64,000 nucleotides of DNA, from positions 905-64,904 of the forward strand of contig CALXHG010000002.1 in assembly GCA_944388045.1 (NCBI GenBank), read 5' to 3'. The position numbers and the translations under genes were made by a program. A model generated the notes under the pieces. That model had not been told where the DNA came from, searched no databases, and saw nothing but the letters and a program-made list of their open reading frames with translations. Below are positions 12,367 through 21,536 of the stretch, piece by piece. This stretch comes from an uncultured Clostridia bacterium. Lineage in GTDB: Bacteria; Bacillota; Clostridia; TANB77; CAG-508. The first letter of the stretch is position 1; each line of letters opens with the position of its first letter.

Positions 12367-13053
12367 ATGAAAAAAATTGGAAATATATTATGGGGAATAG
12401 TATTCATAATTATAGGAGTAATAATAGGGCTAAATGCTTTAGATATTACACATATTAACATATTTTTTAGTGGATGGTGGACATTATTTATTATAATTCC
12501 ATGTTTTATAGATTTATTTAATGACAAAGATAAAACAGGAGATATTATAGGAATAATTGTTGGAATAATTCTATTATTATGTGCACAGAACATATTAAGT
12601 TTTGCCATAGTTTGGAAATTAGCAATACCTACAATACTTATAGTTTTAGGAATTTCAATTATTTTTAAATCTAGTATAAATAGTAAATTAAATAAGGAAA
12701 TAGATAAATTAAAACAAAAATCTAATGTAGAAAATGAATATTGTTCAACATTTTCAAGTCAAGACATAAAGTTTGAGAACCAAGAATTCCAAGGGGCTAA
12801 TTTAACAGCTGTATTTGGAGGAGTAAGAGCAGATTTAAGAAATGCAGTAATTAATGAAGAACAAGTTATTAATTGCTCAGCTATTTTTGGAAGTATAGAA
12901 ATAATTCCATCAGATGAAATTAATATTAAAGTTAAATCTACATCAATTTTTGGAGGAGTATCTAATAGTAGAAAAAACAAAGAAATTAATAATGAATTAA
13001 AAACAGTATATATAAATGCAATGTGTTTATTTGGAGGTGTTAGTATAAAATGA
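12367..13053 (+). CDS. LiaF-like (DUF2154) cell-envelope stress-associated membrane protein
   Basis: N-terminal 4-TM region (GIVFIIIGVIIGLNAL..GWWTLFIIIPC..). C-terminal repeated FGG(V/S) beta-strand motifs (VFGGVRADLRNA, IFGSIEII, IFGGVSN, LFGGVSI). Confidence 0.65.
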   Translation: MKKIGNILWGIVFIIIGVIIGLNALDITHINIFFSGWWTLFIIIPCFIDLFNDKDKTGDIIGIIVGIILLLCAQNILSFAIVWKLAIPTILIVLGISIIFKSSINSKLNKEIDKLKQKSNVENEYCSTFSSQDIKFENQEFQGANLTAVFGGVRADLRNAVINEEQVINCSAIFGSIEIIPSDEINIKVKSTSIFGGVSNSRKNKEINNELKTVYINAMCLFGGVSIK

Positions 13054-13940
13054 CATTTTGGCAAAAAATAATAAAATATTTAGCAATTGCTTTAGCAATA
13101 TTTTTAATAATAAATATAATTGGAGCAATTTTATCTATAATAGGAGTTATAGGAGGAGTTGCATTTATAACAGATACAATAAAAACTGAAATAATGCAAG
13201 AAAATGATGGACTTTTACAAGATGAGCAAAACTATTCTAAAACACCTCAAGTTATAACAGAAAATATTCAAATAGATAATATTGCAAAACTTGAAATAGA
13301 TGTAAAATATTCAAATCTAGAAATAAAAAATGGAGATACATTTAAAGTAGAAAGCAATGACACTAATGTTAAATGCACACAAAAAGGAAATGAATTAACA
13401 GTTAAAGAAACAGGAAATAACTGGCTTAGAAATAAAGAAGGAAATGAAGTTATAATATATATTCCAGAAAATAAAGAGTTTAACGAAATAGAAATAGATA
13501 CTGGAGCAGGAAATATTCAAATACAAAGTTTAAATGCGAGAGATTTATCATTTAGTATTGGAGCAGGAAAAGTTCAAATTGATAAATTAACAGTTTCTAA
13601 TGAAGCAGAAATAGATGGAGGAGCAGGAAAAGTAGACATTTTATCAGGGCAAATAAGTAATTTAGATTTAGACATGGGAGTTGGCGAATTTAATATATGT
13701 ACAAAATTATTAGGAAATAATAATATTGAACAAGGAATGGGGAAATTAACTATTAAATTAACAGATTCTCAAGAAAATTACACAATAAGAACAAGAAAAG
13801 GAATGGGAACAATTACAATTGATGGCAAAGAAGCACAAAACAATTCAATAAATGGAAATGGACAAAATATATTAAATATAGAAGGTGGAATGGGAGCAAT
13901 AGAAATTACTACAAATAATGAATTAAATCAATATATTTAA
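13050..13940 (+). CDS. DUF4097-like beta-strand-repeat protein (LiaG-like putative adhesin), translationally coupled to the LiaF-like gene
   Basis: ATGA overlap with the upstream gene. One TM helix. Repeated GAGN/GAGK..I motifs (DTGAGNIQIQ, IGAGKVQID, GGAGKVDIL, MGVGEFNI, GMGKLTI, GMGAIEI). Confidence 0.65.
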   Translation: MTFWQKIIKYLAIALAIFLIINIIGAILSIIGVIGGVAFITDTIKTEIMQENDGLLQDEQNYSKTPQVITENIQIDNIAKLEIDVKYSNLEIKNGDTFKVESNDTNVKCTQKGNELTVKETGNNWLRNKEGNEVIIYIPENKEFNEIEIDTGAGNIQIQSLNARDLSFSIGAGKVQIDKLTVSNEAEIDGGAGKVDILSGQISNLDLDMGVGEFNICTKLLGNNNIEQGMGKLTIKLTDSQENYTIRTRKGMGTITIDGKEAQNNSINGNGQNILNIEGGMGAIEITTNNELNQYI

Positions 13941-14036
13941 AATATTTATTATTAGGGGCGGTCTCTATTTAACCTAGGATTATTTAGAGATTGTCTCTTT
14001 TTTACATATAAAATTGAAAGGAGAAACAGAAAATTA

Positions 14037-15188
14037 ATGAGAATTTTACATTTAGCAGATTTACATTTAGGTAAAATATTACAAGAACAACCTTTAATAG
14101 AAGACCAAAAATATATGTTAGAAGAAATAATAAAAAAAGTTCAAGAAGAAAATATAGAAATAATCTTAATTTCTGGAGATATATATGATAGAAGTATACC
14201 GCAAACAGATGCTGTAGATATGTTAGACTATTTTTTAAATAAATTAATAAAAGATTTAAAAAAACAAGTATTTATTATATCAGGAAATCATGATTCTAAA
14301 GAAAGACTTGGATTTGGAAATAAAATTTTTGAAAATGATGGATTATATATTTCTAGTAAATATGAGGGACAAATAAAAAAGGTAGAACTACAAGATGAAT
14401 ATGGAAAATTAAATATTTATTTATTACCATTTATTAAACCAGTTGAAGTAAAAAAATATTTTGAAGATGAAATATTAAGTTATGATGAAACAATAAAAAA
14501 AATAATAGAAAAAGAAAATATTGATGAAACACAAAGAAATATAATATTAACACATCAATTTGTAACATGTATTGGAGAAGAAGTAGAAAGAACAGATTCT
14601 GAAACCATATCTTTAGGTGGAATAGATAATGTAGACATCTCTAATTATGATAAATTTGATTATGTGGCAATAGGACATGTACATAGACCTCAAAGAATCG
14701 GTAGAGATACAGCAAGATATGCAGGAACAATGTTAAAATACTCTTTTTCAGAAGTAAATCATAAAAAAACAATACCTATTATTGATTTTAAAGAAAAGGG
14801 AAATATTAATATAAAATTAGTTGAATTAATACCTTTAAGAGATATGAGAGAAATAAAAGGTCCAATTGAAGAACTAATCAAAAAAGAAAATTATAAAAAT
14901 ACTAATACAGAAGATTATATAAAAGCAATTATTACAAATGAAGAACCTGTTTATGATGCAATTGGACAAATAAGAAAAATATATCCAAATGTATTAAAAC
15001 TAGAAATTCAAAATTCAAAAAGTTCTGTTAGCCCAAATGATGAAAAGGAAAAAGAGTTGCAAAATATAAAAAATAAAAGTGAAGTAGAATTATTTAATGA
15101 ATTTTATAAATTCCAAAATTATACTAAACTTAATGATGAACAGACTCAAGTAATTGAGAATATAGTTAAAGAAATAAAAGGGTATTAA
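14037..15188 (+). CDS. sbcD: Exonuclease SbcCD, nuclease subunit D (Mre11 family)
   Basis: Calcineurin-like phosphoesterase motifs ILHLADLHLG, SGDIYD, GNHDS and GHVH. Adjacent to sbcC. Confidence 0.9.
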   Translation: MRILHLADLHLGKILQEQPLIEDQKYMLEEIIKKVQEENIEIILISGDIYDRSIPQTDAVDMLDYFLNKLIKDLKKQVFIISGNHDSKERLGFGNKIFENDGLYISSKYEGQIKKVELQDEYGKLNIYLLPFIKPVEVKKYFEDEILSYDETIKKIIEKENIDETQRNIILTHQFVTCIGEEVERTDSETISLGGIDNVDISNYDKFDYVAIGHVHRPQRIGRDTARYAGTMLKYSFSEVNHKKTIPIIDFKEKGNINIKLVELIPLRDMREIKGPIEELIKKENYKNTNTEDYIKAIITNEEPVYDAIGQIRKIYPNVLKLEIQNSKSSVSPNDEKEKELQNIKNKSEVELFNEFYKFQNYTKLNDEQTQVIENIVKEIKGY

Positions 15189-15217
15189 TTGTTATAATTT
15201 ACAGTTAAAAATATAAA

Positions 15218-15417
15218 GAATGTTAATATATTAATATTTCATAAATTTTTCAGGTTCAATACGATATTTAAGAATTTGTAATATGATTTATTGAGCCTCT
15301 TTCACTCAGACCCTCACTTCGTGAGTACCGTGAACATCCCTCAATAAATCATAAAACAAATTCTAAAATATCTCCTATCACATTCAAAATTTATTCAATA
15401 TTAATATATTAACATTC
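15218..15417 (+). repeat. Long-hairpin repeat family A, copy a2, in the sbcD-sbcC spacer
   Basis: Outer arms GAATGTTAATATATTAATATT / AATATTAATATATTAACATTC. Inner arms AAGAATTTGTAATATGATTTATTGAG / CTCAATAAATCATAAAACAAATTCTAA. Conserved apex at 15293-15343. Confidence 0.8.
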
Positions 15418-15460
15418 TATACTTAAAATTTAACAATAAATTGTAAAGAAAGGAGTGCTA

Positions 15461-18406
15461 ATGAAACCATTAAATTTAAAATTAAGTGCATTTGGACCAT
15501 ATAAAGATGAAATAAATATAGATTTTAAAAAATTAGGAAATAATGGAATATTTTTAATAACAGGAGATACAGGTGCAGGAAAAACAACTATATTTGATGC
15601 TATTTCTTTTGCTTTATTCGGAGAAGTAAGTGGTTCGAACAGACAAGTTTCTTCTTTAAGAAGTGACTTTGCAAATGATGAAACAGAAACATATGTAGAA
15701 CTTGAATTTTTACATAAAAATAAAAATTATAAAATAAAAAGGACACCAGCATATGAAAGAGCAAAAAAAAGAGGAGAAGGTCTAACCAAAATAAATGCAG
15801 ATTGTTTTTTAGAGTTTGAGAATACAGTTATTTCTGGTACAAAAAATGTAGATTCAAAAATAGAAGAAATATTAGGAATAAATGCGAAACAATTTAAACA
15901 AATAGCAATGCTAGCACAAGGTGAATTTTTAAAAATATTATTTGCAGAAAGTAAAGACAGGACTGAAGTTTTTAGAAGAATTTTTGATACAGATATTTAT
16001 AATCAAATATCTAAAAAATTAATGGATAAAACTAGAGTTGCTAAAGCAGAATTAGAGCAACTAAAAGATTTTTTTGCAATAAATGCATCTAATATAATAT
16101 GGAGTTCAAAAAATTTAGAGAATTTAAATAATAAAGAAATAGATAATAAAGACTTTGAAGACTTGACTAAAAAAGAATTAATAGAAAATAATTTGGAATA
16201 TGAAGAAATAAATAGTGAAAATTCAGAAGAAAAATATGATGATGAAACAAATAAAGAAAATGATAATATACATAAAATCTCTCCAAAAGAAGTAAATGAA
16301 AGTTTAATTGAAGATGTAATAGAAAAATTGCAAAAAGAAATAGAAATTAATAAAACTGAATTCAAAAAATATAATGAAAAAATTAAGATTTTAGAAAAAG
16401 AAATTGAGAGATTAACAGAAGAAATAAGAAAAAAGCAAGAGCAAAATAATCAGATTGATATATATAATAAATTAGAAATTCAAAAAAAGGAATTAGAAGA
16501 AAAAAAAGAAGAAATAAAAGATAAAGAAGAAAAAGTTAAGAAAAATCAAGAAATACTTAGTAAAATTTTACCTATAGAAAAAAGAGTTAAAGAAATAAAT
16601 GCAGAAATAAAAGAAAAGCAGGATTTATTGCAAAGTTTGAAAGAAAAAATTAGTGAAGGAGAAGAAAAAGAGAAAAAATCAAAATCGACAGTAGAATCAA
16701 TTGATAAATTGAGAGTTTTATTGCAAAATTATAATGAATTAATAGAAAAGAAAAATGAATTTGGAATAATAATCAAAAAAATTGATGATATAATTAAAGA
16801 AATTGAAAATGAACATAAAGCTAAAGAAAAATGCCAGAAATTAGAGGTTGATTTAGAAAAGATAACAAGAGAGTTAATAACAAAAGAAATTGAATTTTAT
16901 AGAGAACAAGCCGGAATTTTGGCAGAAAATTTAAAAGAAGATGAACCATGTCCTGTATGTGGAAGCAAAAGTCATCCTTGTTTAGCAAAAAAATCTGAAA
17001 ATGTTTTAACAAAAGAACAATTAGATGATTTGAGAAAAGTTGAAGAAAAAAGTAATAAAGTATTTACAGAAGCGGTAAATAAAGTTACAGAAATAGATGC
17101 TAAAATAGAAACTTTAAAGGTTGGACTAAAATTAGATTTAATAAAATATAAAGAAGATATTAAAAATTTTTCTAAAAGTATAGGACAAAAAGAACATATA
17201 AACAAAAATTTAGATATAAAAAATGGAAATATAGAATTAAAAAATGAAGAAATTAATGATTATAAAAAAATAATAGAAGATAAAATTTCTAAAATAGATG
17301 AAGACATAAATAAAATTTATGAAGATATAAATGAGATTTATAAACAATTTTATAATAAGAAAATTAATATTGTAAAATTTGATTTTGATGTTTTTAAAAA
17401 TGAAATTACAAGCAAAATTCAAAAAGAAAGAGAACAATTATTAAAAGACAAAACACAGTTAGAAGAAAATGAAAAGCAATTTAATTTGTTAGAAAAAAAG
17501 CAGAAACAAGAGCAAAAAGAATATAACAAAGTTTTAAAACAATTAGGTTTTGAAAGTGAAGAAACATATAAAAACCTTGTACTTGACGAAAAACAACTAA
17601 ATAAAATAAAAAAAGAAATTGACCAATATCAAAAAGATTTAACTATTAATAATACAAGAATAGAAGAAATAAAGAAAAAAGTAAAAGATTTTAATAAAAT
17701 AGACTTAACAGAACAAAACAAAGAATTAGCTGAAAAACAAGATATTTTAAAAGATGCAAGAAAAATATTAATGGAACAAAATACAAATTTAAGTAATAAT
17801 GAAAAAATTCTAAAAGATTTAATTAAAAATTCTATAAATTTAAAATCAAAAATAAAAGAATATACTTTATTAGATGATTTATCAAGAACTGCTAATGGAA
17901 CAATTTACGGTAAAAGAAGAATAGAATTTGAACAATTTGTACAAGCTTCATATTTTGAATTAGTAATTTTAGAAGCTAATAAAAGATTAGCAAAAATGAC
18001 TGATAATAGATTTGTTTTAGTAAGAAAAGAAAATTCAGATAAAGTTTATGATAAAATTGGATTAGAATTGGAAGTTATAGATAATTATAGTGGTAAAAAA
18101 AGAGATGTAAAATCTTTATCTGGTGGAGAAGCATTTAAAGCAACACTTTCTCTATCTCTTGGTCTTTCTGATGTAATTCAAAGCTATTCTGGAGGAATTG
18201 TTGTAGATACTATGTTTATTGATGAAGGTTTTGGCTCTTTAGATGATGAATCTAGAGACCAAGCTATTAATACTTTATTACAATTAACAGATACTAATAA
18301 ATTGATTGGAATTATTAGCCATGTTACAGAACTTAAAGAGTGTATTGATAAAAAAATAATTGTTACAAAATCTCAACAAGGAAGTAGTATTAAAGTTGAA
18401 ATTTAA
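15461..18406 (+). CDS. sbcC: Exonuclease SbcCD, ATPase subunit C (Rad50/SMC-like)
   Basis: Start placed at the ATG 6 nt after AGGAG. Walker A GDTGAGKTTIFDAISFALFG, long K/E-rich coiled coil with zinc hook CPVCGS, signature LSGGE, Walker B VDTMFIDEGFGSLD. Confidence 0.9.
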   Translation: MKPLNLKLSAFGPYKDEINIDFKKLGNNGIFLITGDTGAGKTTIFDAISFALFGEVSGSNRQVSSLRSDFANDETETYVELEFLHKNKNYKIKRTPAYERAKKRGEGLTKINADCFLEFENTVISGTKNVDSKIEEILGINAKQFKQIAMLAQGEFLKILFAESKDRTEVFRRIFDTDIYNQISKKLMDKTRVAKAELEQLKDFFAINASNIIWSSKNLENLNNKEIDNKDFEDLTKKELIENNLEYEEINSENSEEKYDDETNKENDNIHKISPKEVNESLIEDVIEKLQKEIEINKTEFKKYNEKIKILEKEIERLTEEIRKKQEQNNQIDIYNKLEIQKKELEEKKEEIKDKEEKVKKNQEILSKILPIEKRVKEINAEIKEKQDLLQSLKEKISEGEEKEKKSKSTVESIDKLRVLLQNYNELIEKKNEFGIIIKKIDDIIKEIENEHKAKEKCQKLEVDLEKITRELITKEIEFYREQAGILAENLKEDEPCPVCGSKSHPCLAKKSENVLTKEQLDDLRKVEEKSNKVFTEAVNKVTEIDAKIETLKVGLKLDLIKYKEDIKNFSKSIGQKEHINKNLDIKNGNIELKNEEINDYKKIIEDKISKIDEDINKIYEDINEIYKQFYNKKINIVKFDFDVFKNEITSKIQKEREQLLKDKTQLEENEKQFNLLEKKQKQEQKEYNKVLKQLGFESEETYKNLVLDEKQLNKIKKEIDQYQKDLTINNTRIEEIKKKVKDFNKIDLTEQNKELAEKQDILKDARKILMEQNTNLSNNEKILKDLIKNSINLKSKIKEYTLLDDLSRTANGTIYGKRRIEFEQFVQASYFELVILEANKRLAKMTDNRFVLVRKENSDKVYDKIGLELEVIDNYSGKKRDVKSLSGGEAFKATLSLSLGLSDVIQSYSGGIVVDTMFIDEGFGSLDDESRDQAINTLLQLTDTNKLIGIISHVTELKECIDKKIIVTKSQQGSSIKVEI

Positions 18407-18435
18407 TTAAAGAAATTTTTGGGTATTGTATAAAA

Positions 18436-18473
18436 CAGAATGAACTTTGGAATACATTCTAAAGTTCATTCTG
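18436..18473. terminator. Hairpin between convergent sbcC and the 108-aa minus-strand gene (bidirectional terminator candidate)
   Basis: 13-bp stem CAGAATGAACTTT / AAAGTTCATTCTG with a 12-nt loop. Confidence 0.55.
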
Positions 18474-18543
18474 CTAGTTATTTTGCAAAAAATTTTGATA
18501 AAACGGATGTAGAATTCTGTAAAATTTAAAGAAACATTGAAGT

Positions 18544-18870
18544 TTAAAAAAGTCTAAGATGTCTAATAAAAGCCAAAGCTTCTTTCCAAAGATTTTCACA
18601 CTCAATATCAGTGTCCCAAGCCTTATAAAACATTTTAATTTTGTCATAAGGTTCAGCTGTCTTAATTTGATAATTTCCATTATTAGCAGGTTTTATAAAA
18701 ATATTGTTTTCATAATCATAATAAAGCCAATTGCCATTTCTAAAAATAACAAAAATTTCATCTTTTTTTTCTACGACAACTTTTGTAATGTGATTATCTT
18801 TTAATGTAATTTCTGTACGTTTTCCATTTCTTAAAATGTCAAAAATCCGTTTTTCTTTAATATTAAGCAT
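18544..18870 (-). CDS. Hypothetical 108-aa protein (one of only two minus-strand genes)
   Basis: ATG preceded by GGAGGT. No family recognised. Contains an in-frame CGG (Arg8, 18847-18849). Confidence 0.5.
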   Translation of the reverse strand: MLNIKEKRIFDILRNGKRTEITLKDNHITKVVVEKKDEIFVIFRNGNWLYYDYENNIFIKPANNGNYQIKTAEPYDKIKMFYKAWDTDIECENLWKEALAFIRHLRLF

Positions 18871-19010
18871 AGAAAATACCTCCTACCAATTGTTAAAAGG
18901 TTGAAAAGAACTAACAATATATTATATTCAAATTTGTACAAGATTATGATAAAAACTTTTAATTTACGGTCAGGCACTTTTATTTTTTTATAACATATAA
19001 TTTTGTATGT

Positions 19011-19036
19011 GAAGAATTATTAGAATTCTTCTTTTG
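19011..19036 (+). promoter_or_regulatory. AT-rich hairpin plus T-run immediately upstream of the sigK RBS
   Basis: GAAGAATT-ATTAG-AATTCTTC followed by TTTTG. The stem carries the AAGAATT/AATTCTT termini motif of repeat family A. Confidence 0.35.
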
Positions 19037-19049
19037 ATTGGAGGTTTTT

Positions 19050-19751
19050 ATGTTTCCCTCACTTTGTTTAAATGGATTTTTTCAATTTTTACAAACAGCA
19101 GTATTTGTTGTTGGTTACATATCTGGAACAAATTTATTCCCAGAACCATTAAGTACAGAAGAAGAAAAATTATATCTTGAAAGATTAAGTACAGGTGATG
19201 AAGAAGCTCGTAATATTTTAATAGAGCATAATTTAAGACTTGTTGCACATGTTTGCAAAAAATATAGTAATTCTAATGTTGACCAAGATGATTTAATATC
19301 AATAGGAACTATTGGGCTAATTAAAGGAATAAATAATTTTAAAACAGAAAAAGGAGCAAGATTATCTACATATGTATCTAGATGTATAGATAATGAAATA
19401 TTAATGTATTTTAGAGCTACAAAAAAACTAAATGCAGAAGTTTTCTTAGATGAACCAATTGGTAAAGACAAAGATGATAATTGCATAACTTTACAAGAAG
19501 TTCTAGAAAATGATGAACGTAGTGTAGAAGATGCTGTAGATTTAAAAATGAAAGTAAAACTTTTATATGAAAAAATGAAATCTATTTTAAAAGATAGAGA
19601 ACGTACTATTATAGAATTAAGATTTGGACTTGATGGGAATAAGCCAAAAACACAAATAGAAATTGCTAAAAAATTAGGAATTTCTCGTTCATATGTATCT
19701 CGAATAGAAACAAAAGCAATTAATAAATTAGCTAAAGAGATTAAACAGTAA
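19050..19751 (+). CDS. sigK: Sporulation sigma factor SigK (pro-sigma-K), uninterrupted
   Basis: Start at the ATG after GGAGG. Pro-sequence, then ..NLFPEPLSTEEEKLYLERL..GDEEARNILIEHNLRLVAHVCKKY..DLISIGTIGLIKGI..CIDNEILMYFRA.. and a region 4 HTH (IAKKLGISRSYVSRIE). FP(E/Q)PLS plus IEHNLRLVAH favours SigK over SigE. Confidence 0.85.
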   Translation: MFPSLCLNGFFQFLQTAVFVVGYISGTNLFPEPLSTEEEKLYLERLSTGDEEARNILIEHNLRLVAHVCKKYSNSNVDQDDLISIGTIGLIKGINNFKTEKGARLSTYVSRCIDNEILMYFRATKKLNAEVFLDEPIGKDKDDNCITLQEVLENDERSVEDAVDLKMKVKLLYEKMKSILKDRERTIIELRFGLDGNKPKTQIEIAKKLGISRSYVSRIETKAINKLAKEIKQ

Positions 19752-19770
19752 TTGTAAAAATGTGATAAAG

Positions 19771-19999
19771 TTCCAGTTCAGTAGGAAATTTTGATATATT
19801 AATAATTGCATAAATTTTTCGACTCAATACGGAAATATAAGAATTTCTAAAATAATTTTATGGCACCCTTTCACTTAGTCCTCGCTACGCTCGACGCGAA
19901 CATTTTCCATAAAATTAATTTAAGAAATTCTAAATTTCCTCCAATCGTATTCAAAATTTACTTATTATTAATATATCAAAATTTCCTACTGAACTGGAA
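19771..19999 (+). mobile_element. Long-hairpin repeat family A, copy a3: MITE-like element with a 9-bp target-site duplication
   Basis: Perfect terminal inverted repeats TTCCAGTTCAGTAGGAAATTTTGATATATTAATAA / TTATTAATATATCAAAATTTCCTACTGAACTGGAA. Flanked by direct TGTGATAAA (19761-19769 and 20000-20008). Divergent apex at 19861-19910. Confidence 0.65.
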
Positions 20000-20149
20000 T
20001 GTGATAAAATTATTTGTTTTAAATTATATAGACAAAATTTAAAGAATATTGTAGAATAGGTTACATAGGAAATTAGAATAAGCAGAAGTGTTTTCTCCGT
20101 TTCCTATGTTTATTATAATGTCAAACAAAAAAGTAATAATAGTTAAGGA

Positions 20150-21043
20150 ATGAGATTAATTATGGAAATACCACAATTTTTAAAGGAAAAAATAGAAAAA
20201 GAATATGGATTAGAAATTTTAAAAAAAATCGAAACAGGATTTATAGAAGAAAAACCAGTTACATTAAGAGTAAATACAATAAAAACAAATGCAGAAAAAG
20301 TAAAAATAGAACTAGAAAAAAATAATATTGAATATGAAATTGTAGAATGGAACGAATCAGCATTTATAATAAAAAATGTAAAAGAGGAAGAAATTAGAAA
20401 ATTAGATATATATAATAATGGAGAAATATATTTACAAAGCTTATCATCTATGATACCAGCAATTATAATAGACCCAAAAGAAAGAGAAAATATATTGGAC
20501 ATGACAGCAGCACCAGGTGGAAAAACAAGCCAAATGGCTGCAATTGCAAATAATAAAGTATTTTTAACTGCATGTGAAAAAAATAAGATAAGATTAGAAA
20601 GATTGCAATATAATATGCAAAAACAAGGGGTTAGAAATATAAATATAATGCAAGAAGATTCTAGAAAATTAAGTAATTATTTTTCTTTTGATAAAATTTT
20701 ACTTGATGCACCTTGTAGTGGAAGTGGAACAGAAAATATTTTTAATTCTAATTTTACAGAAGAACTAATAAAAAGATCTTGTAAAACACAAGAAGAATTA
20801 TTAACAAAAGCATTATCAATATTAAAACATGGTGGAGAAATGGTTTATTCGACATGTTCAATATTAAAAGAAGAAAATGAAGAAATACTAAATAAAGTTC
20901 TAAAAAAGTTTAAAGCACAAATTGTTCCTATTCAAATTCCTAAAGAGATACCAGTTTTGCCAACTTCTATTGATGGAGTTGTAACAATATGTCCAACAAA
21001 ATTATATGAAGGTTTTTTTGTGGCAAAAATTTTACTTGATTAA
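20150..21043 (+). CDS. RsmB/RsmF-family rRNA (cytosine-C5) methyltransferase (NOL1/NOP2/Sun)
   Basis: SAM motif DMTAAPGGKTSQMA and catalytic DAPCSGSGT ... YSTCS. The start could instead be the ATG at 20162. Confidence 0.8.
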   Translation: MRLIMEIPQFLKEKIEKEYGLEILKKIETGFIEEKPVTLRVNTIKTNAEKVKIELEKNNIEYEIVEWNESAFIIKNVKEEEIRKLDIYNNGEIYLQSLSSMIPAIIIDPKERENILDMTAAPGGKTSQMAAIANNKVFLTACEKNKIRLERLQYNMQKQGVRNINIMQEDSRKLSNYFSFDKILLDAPCSGSGTENIFNSNFTEELIKRSCKTQEELLTKALSILKHGGEMVYSTCSILKEENEEILNKVLKKFKAQIVPIQIPKEIPVLPTSIDGVVTICPTKLYEGFFVAKILLD

Positions 21044-21113
21044 AAGTATATCCAATAAATGGTTATATATTAATTAGTTACTAGACAATGGACTTCTTAT
21101 TTTGTTTTGTTAA

Positions 21114-21312
21114 AAAAGTTGATATTATAATATTTAAAGTTCTCCTGTTCATTCCATTCAAAAAGAATTCATAAGGCTTTTTCATGCGCCTCTTTCACTC
21201 CGACCCTCACTTCGTGAGTACCGTGAACATCCCTCATGCAAAAAGCCAAATGAATTCTAATTTTCATTTCAATCAAGCGTCGAAGCTTTAAAATATTATA
21301 ATATCAACTTTT
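21114..21312 (+). repeat. Long-hairpin repeat family A, copy a4
   Basis: Outer arms AAAAGTTGATATTATAATATTTAAAG / CTTTAAAATATTATAATATCAACTTTT. The central ~150 bp is nearly identical to a1. Apex at 21186-21236. Confidence 0.8.
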
Positions 21313-21387
21313 CTTTATTCTATTTTATTTTATTTGAGAACATTACCTCGTAACAATTTAGAAGAAATTAAAAAAATTTAAAAATAT

Positions 21388-21414
21388 TTAGCAAAAATAC
21401 TTGACAAGTGCTAA
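21388..21414 (+). promoter_or_regulatory. CIRCE-like HrcA operator 1, overlapping the -35 box
   Basis: TTAGCAAAA-N9-AAGTGCTAA versus consensus TTAGCACTC-N9-GAGTGCTAA. The embedded TTGACA (21401-21406) is followed 17 nt later by TATTAT. Confidence 0.6.
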
Positions 21415-21441
21415 AAAATGTTATATTATTATATACGTAAA

Positions 21442-21468
21442 TTAGCAAACAAGCAAAAAGAGTGCTAA
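21442..21468 (+). promoter_or_regulatory. CIRCE HrcA operator 2
   Basis: TTAGCAAAC-AAGCAAAAA-GAGTGCTAA, between the promoter and hrcA. Confidence 0.8.
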
Positions 21469-21536
21469 TATAAAATAGAAAATGGATTTAATACAATAAA
21501 ATTGCAATTTCCAAAAAGAAAAGAGGAGGAGAGAAA

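Noticed and set aside
18975-19005. Sigma-K/sigma-E-type sporulation promoter upstream of sigK (AC-N16-CATATAAT).
   Set aside because: This is only a loose match (CATA...TT instead of CATA...TA) in very AT-rich DNA. It cannot be supported without transcript mapping.
19050-19751. skin-type intervening element in sigK.
   Set aside because: The ORF is continuous from the pro-sequence to region 4. The repeat a3 lies after the stop codon, not inside the gene.
19860-20042. Small ORFs starting in the hairpin apices: MSLFHSDP.. at 4339 and 21184 (MRLFHSDP..), TTG version at 15291, MAPFHLVL.. at 19860. Also a 17-codon ORF MSVANAIWSNL.. in the family B core (60144; complement strand in b1).
   Set aside because: Indels between copies happen to be multiples of 3, which is intriguing. 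However, there is no usable Shine-Dalgarno, the start codon is not conserved (TTG in a2), stops differ widely, and the covarying arms explain the conservation better. Kept only as a remote alternative.
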